Shown here: positions 58,654 to 64,000 of the stretch, piece after piece | Numbering within the stretch: the stretch's first letter is position 1 | How the letters are laid out: each line of letters starts with the position of its first letter | Assembly (NCBI GenBank): GCA_963845535.1 | Contig: CAWJSK010000012.1 | Coordinates: forward strand, 352,001-416,000 | Length of the DNA stretch: 64,000 nt | Reading direction: 5' to 3' | From: an uncultured Spirochaetota bacterium | GTDB lineage: Bacteria; Spirochaetota; Spirochaetia; SZUA-6; Fen-1364 | Position numbers and translations under genes: made by a program | Notes under the pieces: model-generated | Told to the model about the DNA's origin: nothing | Databases searched by the model: none | What the model saw: the letters and a program-made list of their open reading frames with translations, nothing else

Positions 58654-59898
58654 CTATCCGATCAACCGACGTATCCTGTCGTCCAGCGCTTTCTGGTCAG
58701 CCGTGAATGAGGCAAGCCCGGCGGCCGTGAGGAGCGCGTCAACGGCAAGCTCACCTGCCTGGATTCTTTGCGCCCACCGCGAATGCTTCGGGATCTTGCC
58801 ATCCGACGCTATGAATGACGCGTCCTGCTGGCTCACGCGAGGGAAAATGCTCCCCGCCCCCAGCTCGTGCGCCCGGTCCGCCAGCTCCTGCGCGGAACCG
58901 GGAACCTGCTTGACGAGGGAATCCGCCAGCTTCTCTTCTTTTTCCGTGACGTCCCACAGCGCGGACAGCCCCGACTTCCCGGGATCCACCCCCGGGGCAA
59001 GAGCCACGCGATAGCTCTCCTCGAGCTTCGACGTCCATTTCCCGTCCAGCTTTTCCCGCGCCTCCGCGGCGGTGGCCGTGGGTATGGTCATGACGTCCAC
59101 GCCGGCAAGGTCCCGCACCTGGGAGCCGCCGCGCATGCTGGCGGCGATCTGCCGGGTGGGTTTTTTGGCCTCACGCGACACCTTTGTGACGGCGGCCTGG
59201 CTCGCCAGAGTCGCCTTCTCTCCCACCATGAGGCCATCCCCAAGAGCGTTGTCCACGACGTACGAGTTCAGCCTTCCCAGGAACACGTTCACATAGCTGG
59301 GGGAGGCAAAACGGGCAATAAGGTAGTTCTCCCGGGCGCTGAATCCGAGGGTGAAGTTCACCGGGATCCCTTCACCGCGCAGGGTGCGCGTGGAAATGAA
59401 TCCAGCCGCCGTAAACGGCACTTTGACGATGAAGTTCTTGGGCGATATGCGGGAAAACCGCCGGCCGTAGGAAACCGCGGCATCCACGTCATCCGCCGTG
59501 GCAGTGTGAAGCTCCACGCTCACCAGTGCGTTGAAGCGTTTCACGAGCCGCAGGCCGTGGAGCGCGTTCAGGATGAAGGCGATCTCCATGACCCGCTGCG
59601 GCTCGTCCAGGGAACCCAGAAGACGTCCCGCGTCGCGGACCACATCGTCATAAATGCCTTTCTGGACCTCCTTGTTCAGGAGCGTGTTATTCGTCGTAAG
59701 CGCGCTGAACTCCCGCGTCCATACCTTGGATGCGGCGTCCATGTCACCCGTATCCAGCCACAGCTCGGTGCCGACACCGCGCAGTCCCTTCCAAAAGGAA
59801 TCCTCGGAAAATGAAAGCGTCTTTTCCTCCCGCGCTGACTTCTCCAGAACGAAGTCATGCACGAGGTCAGAGACGCTCTTTGTCAGTCCACTCTTCAT
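58654..59898 (-). CDS. Transaldolase family protein
   Basis: WLDTG, TTNN, VKVP, NFTLGFS, FLGR and AASMR. Confidence 0.88.
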   Translation of the reverse strand: MKSGLTKSVSDLVHDFVLEKSAREEKTLSFSEDSFWKGLRGVGTELWLDTGDMDAASKVWTREFSALTTNNTLLNKEVQKGIYDDVVRDAGRLLGSLDEPQRVMEIAFILNALHGLRLVKRFNALVSVELHTATADDVDAAVSYGRRFSRISPKNFIVKVPFTAAGFISTRTLRGEGIPVNFTLGFSARENYLIARFASPSYVNVFLGRLNSYVVDNALGDGLMVGEKATLASQAAVTKVSREAKKPTRQIAASMRGGSQVRDLAGVDVMTIPTATAAEAREKLDGKWTSKLEESYRVALAPGVDPGKSGLSALWDVTEKEEKLADSLVKQVPGSAQELADRAHELGAGSIFPRVSQQDASFIASDGKIPKHSRWAQRIQAGELAVDALLTAAGLASFTADQKALDDRIRRLIG

Positions 59899-59958
59899 GA
59901 GAAAAAGGTGCGCATGAGGCGGGACAAAAGCAAGCTGAGCGCGACGCGGCGTTCGGGG

Positions 59959-60972
59959 TCAGGCTTCGCGCGGCAGCGCAGCCGGCGCCGAAACCAGGCC
60001 TCTTTGGGCGAACCATCCCCACGTGTCCCTGATGGTTTCCTCGAGGTCACGGGGCTTGTACCCGATCTCCCGCTCCGCGCGCTGGTGGCTGATCAGGCGG
60101 TTGCCTCGGAGGGCCGCAAGGGAATAGCCGGTGAAAAGCGGCTCCTTGGCAAACAAGAGGGAGAACAGCGCGGAGAACGGCGCGCCTATCCTGGCCAGGG
60201 GGTACGGGCACGTCATGCGGGGGGCGCGCCTGCCGGCAACGTCGCAGACGAGGCGCACCATTTCCCCCATGGAAGCCCATCTGCCGCCCAGGAGGTATCG
60301 CGCGCCTTTCGGCGCGCGCTCGGCCGCGCGGAGCGCGCCTTCCGCGACGTCCCGCACGTCCACCCAGTCATAGCCGCCGTCGATCAGCATGGGGATTGCC
60401 CCGGTGCCGAAGGCGATGATTGCCCGCCCCATAAGGGACGGTCGGATATCGAAAGGTCCGACCACCGCCGTGGGACTGACGATGACCGCGTCCATGCCGT
60501 CCGCAATGGCTTTTCGCACTTCGATTTCAGCCAGTGCCTTGGAAAGCGCATACGGAGAGCCTGTCCTGCCGTCCTCCAGGGACCGGTCCTCATCCAGGGT
60601 CGAATCCAGCGGCTTGGGGCTGAATGCCTCGATCGAGCTGAAATGGACGAGCCTCCTCACCCCCGCGGCCCGGCATGCCTCAATGACGTTGCGTGTTCCT
60701 GTCACGTTGGTCTTCGTGACCTCCGGAACGTCACGACGGGTGATCGAGATGCGCGCCGCCGCGTGGAACACGATCTGTGCGCCGGCAAACGCGCGCCGCA
60801 GAGATTCGGGGTCCTCCAGGGAAGCCTCCACCGTGGTGAGGGGCAGCCCTTCCAGCCCCGTGGTTTGTTTGTGCACCACTGCCCGGACGGAATAACCGCG
60901 TTCGCACAAAAGCGTGGCGAGCGCGGTTCCCACGTGACCGGTCGAACCTGTTAGTGCAACGTTCATTGGCAT
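59959..60972 (-). CDS. Extended SDR (dihydroflavonol-reductase/HpnA-like)
   Basis: TGSTGHVG, FHAAA, YALSK and VDVRDVA. Confidence 0.9.
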   Translation of the reverse strand: MPMNVALTGSTGHVGTALATLLCERGYSVRAVVHKQTTGLEGLPLTTVEASLEDPESLRRAFAGAQIVFHAAARISITRRDVPEVTKTNVTGTRNVIEACRAAGVRRLVHFSSIEAFSPKPLDSTLDEDRSLEDGRTGSPYALSKALAEIEVRKAIADGMDAVIVSPTAVVGPFDIRPSLMGRAIIAFGTGAIPMLIDGGYDWVDVRDVAEGALRAAERAPKGARYLLGGRWASMGEMVRLVCDVAGRRAPRMTCPYPLARIGAPFSALFSLLFAKEPLFTGYSLAALRGNRLISHQRAEREIGYKPRDLEETIRDTWGWFAQRGLVSAPAALPREA

Positions 60973-61003
60973 GTTTGGGCTCCCTGGATTGCCGAAGGAT
61001 ATC

Positions 61004-61435
61004 CTATTCCCAGCTTATCTTGAAGCCGCCCGCGCTCATTTCGATGTTCGGCGGCCTTCGACGCGTCAGGACGGCCACCGCCGTAAGGCCGCCCGTCAGC
61101 ACGCACACCGCCCCGCCGCCCACAAGGAGCCCAAGCTTGCTCGTAGGCTCGGGGTCGAGGAAGGCGAGCACCACCATGATCATGCCTGCCGCGCTTACTC
61201 CCACCGCAACCCCGACCGCGGTCCAGTCAGCCGCGGACAGCCCCGCCTTGATCCCCATGGCGACCAGAGACTGGCTCTGCGGGTCGATCCCCACGCGCGC
61301 GTCATCCACGAGCAGCACCGGCTGCCTGTCCTTGTATGCCCTGGCAAGGCGCTCGAACCATCCCTGTTGGCTCGTGCGGATCGTGCCGTCTGATTCCGCC
61401 GGTGGGCGGGCCTGGGGCAACCACGGAAGTCTCAT
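61004..61435 (-). CDS. Small membrane protein
   Basis: Two TM helices around DPEPTSK. Confidence 0.6.
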   Translation of the reverse strand: MRLPWLPQARPPAESDGTIRTSQQGWFERLARAYKDRQPVLLVDDARVGIDPQSQSLVAMGIKAGLSAADWTAVGVAVGVSAAGMIMVVLAFLDPEPTSKLGLLVGGGAVCVLTGGLTAVAVLTRRRPPNIEMSAGGFKISWE

Positions 61436-61488
61436 GCCGCCATTGTGTCCCAAATCCACGGAATGGTGTAGAGTGCCTGCCACGATCC

Positions 61489-62817
61489 ATGCGTGCCCTG
61501 ACCCTCGTCAGCCTTGTCATCGCCCTCGCCAGCGCTTCGTTCGCGTACGCGGATACCCCCGTGGTGGATGCCCTTGCGGCGCGCGGCCGGCTGGGGATTC
61601 CCCTGGATCGCGCCAGGGCTCTCGAGTCCGAGCTGGGCCAGCTTTTCATCGTCAACGTTGACGGGTTTGGCTACGCGGCAACGCCCCTGGCCCTCGAGCC
61701 GGATTTCGCCCCCATGGTTGAGCAACTCCAGATTGGCGGCGTCATCCCCCATTACGGAACCAGTGACTACCAGAGGATCCGCCGGACCAACCGCGCGCTT
61801 TCCGGGATGACCCGTCTCCCGCTCCTCATCTGCTCTGATATCGTGCGGCTCACGGCGCGGGCGGGAAAGCGTTCGGTGAGCGCGGCATTCGGGGATGGAT
61901 ACGTGGGAGGTTTCATAGGCAAGTACAAGGCGCTCGCGGACGCCCAGTTCGAGACCCTTGCGGGGCTGAACGCGTTCGTCTTTGCCGCGTTGGGCATGAA
62001 CGTGGCCCTGGGGCCAACCGTGGATGACAGCACCCGAGAGCCGTCCACGGAGGCGCGCGCTCGGGTGGTGGTCGACGAGCTTCGGAGGTTTGGCATCCTG
62101 CCCGTCTTGAAGCACTTCCCTTTCCTTCCAACGGGCGCAAACCTCCACCGTTCCTCGCCGGATACGCACGTTCCCCTGGATATCGCGGAGAAGCGCTTCT
62201 CCGTGTTTCGAGACCTTGACGGCGTCTCACCCATCCTGATGACCACTCATCTCGATGACTCGCTGGTGGACAACCGGATCGTCACCTTCAGCTCCGCCTG
62301 GCTGGGGATCCTGCGGCACGACACCGGCTACACCGGGCTTCTCATGTCTGACGGGCTCCTGATGCTTCGAAACTACGCGGACAAGCGCGTCCTCGGCGGC
62401 GTTCCGGCGCGAAGCCGGGAGGCCGCGGAGCTGGCGGCGCTGGACCCCGCTGCCGCATGGGCCATCCGCGCCATCCTTGCGGGGCACGACTTCGTTATCG
62501 TGGAAGGCTCCGCGGCGCAGACAAGAAGGGCATTCGACGGCGTCCTGAGCGCTGCGTGCCGAGGCTCGTCCCTGGGAAATGACCTTGCGCGCCGCATCGA
62601 GGAGTCGTTCCTCAGGATCAGGCAATTCAAGGCGGACAACGAAGCGCTGCTGTCACGGCGCGTCGACGTGTCCCCTTCGGCCATTGGTGAGGTCATCGCC
62701 ATGACCCCGGGGGAAGGAACGGACCTTCACTCGTTCCGGTTCAATGCCGACGCTCTGGAGGCTGTGGCGCCTGAGCTCGACCAGGCGGCAGTTGATACCG
62801 GGGAGCCGACTCCATGA
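61489..62817 (+). CDS. Glycoside hydrolase family 3 N-terminal domain protein (divergent NagZ-like), secreted
   Basis: Signal peptide; GQLF, IGGVI, KHFP, MTTH and LLMSD. Confidence 0.8.
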   Translation: MRALTLVSLVIALASASFAYADTPVVDALAARGRLGIPLDRARALESELGQLFIVNVDGFGYAATPLALEPDFAPMVEQLQIGGVIPHYGTSDYQRIRRTNRALSGMTRLPLLICSDIVRLTARAGKRSVSAAFGDGYVGGFIGKYKALADAQFETLAGLNAFVFAALGMNVALGPTVDDSTREPSTEARARVVVDELRRFGILPVLKHFPFLPTGANLHRSSPDTHVPLDIAEKRFSVFRDLDGVSPILMTTHLDDSLVDNRIVTFSSAWLGILRHDTGYTGLLMSDGLLMLRNYADKRVLGGVPARSREAAELAALDPAAAWAIRAILAGHDFVIVEGSAAQTRRAFDGVLSAACRGSSLGNDLARRIEESFLRIRQFKADNEALLSRRVDVSPSAIGEVIAMTPGEGTDLHSFRFNADALEAVAPELDQAAVDTGEPTP

Positions 62818-63526
62818 GCTTTGCGGGTCTCTGGTTGATCTTCTCACTCTCCTTCATCATGTCCTTGAGCGGCGCTCTCATGCCCGGCCCCATGCTCACC
62901 TACACGATTGCCGGCACGGTGAAAGCCGGCCCCGGGGTTGGTTGCTCGGCCCGCGCGTCGTGATAGGGCACGCGGCACTCGAAGCGCTCCTGCTGTTCGG
63001 CCTCGTGACGGGAGTGGTCGAGTTCCTTCACGCGCCTCGCGCGACGAAGATCATCGGGGTGATCGGAGCGGTGCTCCTGGCATGGATGGGGATCGGCCTG
63101 ATCCGGGAAGCGGTCCGAGGCCGCGCGCTGAATCTCCAGGTTGGCGCCCAACCCGCCGGCCCCGCAGCGCGCGCGATCAGCTCGACCGCTGGCGGAACGC
63201 GCCCGGCCGTCCCCGGGATCCGCCCGGCCCTCGCGGGGATGCTCGTATCCTTATCGAACCCGTACTTCTGGGTCTGGTGGATCACCATCGGCTCCGCGTT
63301 TCTCCTGCGCTTCGATGTGACCTTGCAGCGTTGGCAAGCGCTCCTGGCCTTCTATCTCGGCCATGAGCTCGGGGATTTCGGCTGGTACACCGCCGTTTCC
63401 ACCATCCTGCACTTTGGCCGCCGCAGCATTCCGCCCGGTGTTACAACCGTCATCCTGGGGGTTTGCGGAGTCGTTATCATCGGTTTCGGCGCATACCTCG
63501 GCCTATCCCCTTTTTTGTCGCGTTGA
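62814..63526 (+). CDS. LysE-family transporter (frameshift at CCCC 62930-62933)
   Basis: ATG 62814 gives SGALMPGP; the main frame has GHAALE and SNPYFWVWW; the two join with one extra C. Confidence 0.85.
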
Positions 63527-63553
63527 CACGAAGCCGGATACCTGATATATCAG
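63523..63553 (+). promoter_or_regulatory. Promoter with a palindromic operator
   Basis: TTGACA at 63523-63528; perfect palindrome CTGATATATCAG at 63542-63553 over the -10 region. Confidence 0.55.
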
Positions 63554-63605
63554 TTAATCAAGCCCAAACATTCGAACTGTCCGCAAAGGGAAAGTGAGGA
63601 ATCGC

Positions 63606-64000
63606 ATGGCCGCTCAAGCGCGAACTGCGAATCGCTGGCTGATCGCCGCAATGGGAACCGTGCTCATGGTCTGCCTGGGAACCGTCTACGCGTGGAGTTT
63701 CTTTCAGGACCTCCTTGTGCGCCAGTACAAAGGTGACTTCGGCTGGTCCAACAGCGAAGTGGCGTGGATCTTCTCCTTTGCAATCCTGTTCCTCGGGGTG
63801 ACGGCCGCGTGGGGCGGCACCAGGCTCGCGAAGATCGGGCCGCGGAGAATGGCGATGTCGGGAGCCGTCCTCTTCGCACTCGGCTACGCCGTGGGCGCCC
63901 TCGCGCTGAGCATCAAGAGCCTGCTTCTCCTGTACGTGGGCTACGGAGTCGTGGGCGGGATCGGACTGGGCCTCGGCTACGTCACGCCCGTGGCCACCGT
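63606..64000 (+). CDS. OFA-family MFS transporter, 5' part (absent from the ORF track)
   Basis: Manual translation: NRWLIAA...CLGTVYAWS...GPR...YGVVGGIGLGLGYVTPVAT. Confidence 0.9.
   Translation, partial: MAAQARTANRWLIAAMGTVLMVCLGTVYAWSFFQDLLVRQYKGDFGWSNSEVAWIFSFAILFLGVTAAWGGTRLAKIGPRRMAMSGAVLFALGYAVGALALSIKSLLLLYVGYGVVGGIGLGLGYVTPVAT

Noticed and set aside
1..64000. CRISPR array, cas genes or rRNA
   Set aside because: No regularly spaced 25-45 bp repeats with unique spacers, no Cas motifs and no rRNA-like sequence seen by eye

Overview
High-GC bacterial chromosomal DNA, most likely a free-living spirochaete. This is inferred from the tandem-cNMP/TPR protein, the murB/cysS/ECF-sigma neighbourhood and a fused PyrB-PyrI. 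The backbone is housekeeping and metabolic: lspA, rtcB, tRNA-Cys, cysS, murB, ackA, pyrBI, pyrC, a sugar-acid cluster, an XPB helicase with its partner, and transaldolase. Two visibly lower-GC accessory stretches interrupt it (about 5.1-10.6 kb and 42.2-51.7 kb). The first notable structure is a type II restriction-modification pair packaged as an integron-type gene cassette, with an attC at 8070-8186 and a matching core site at 10422-10428. No integrase lies in the window, and the reconstructed empty site resembles attI/dif. The second is an intact 2168-bp IS5-like element (48672-50839, 18-bp TIRs, TA duplication) that carries a divergent Cys/His accessory gene and a perfect sigma70 promoter. 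At least six genes are split by apparent small indels, mostly single-base losses in short homopolymers, which is probably assembly error. No CRISPR array or rRNA was seen. All family calls come from motif recognition, not database searches.
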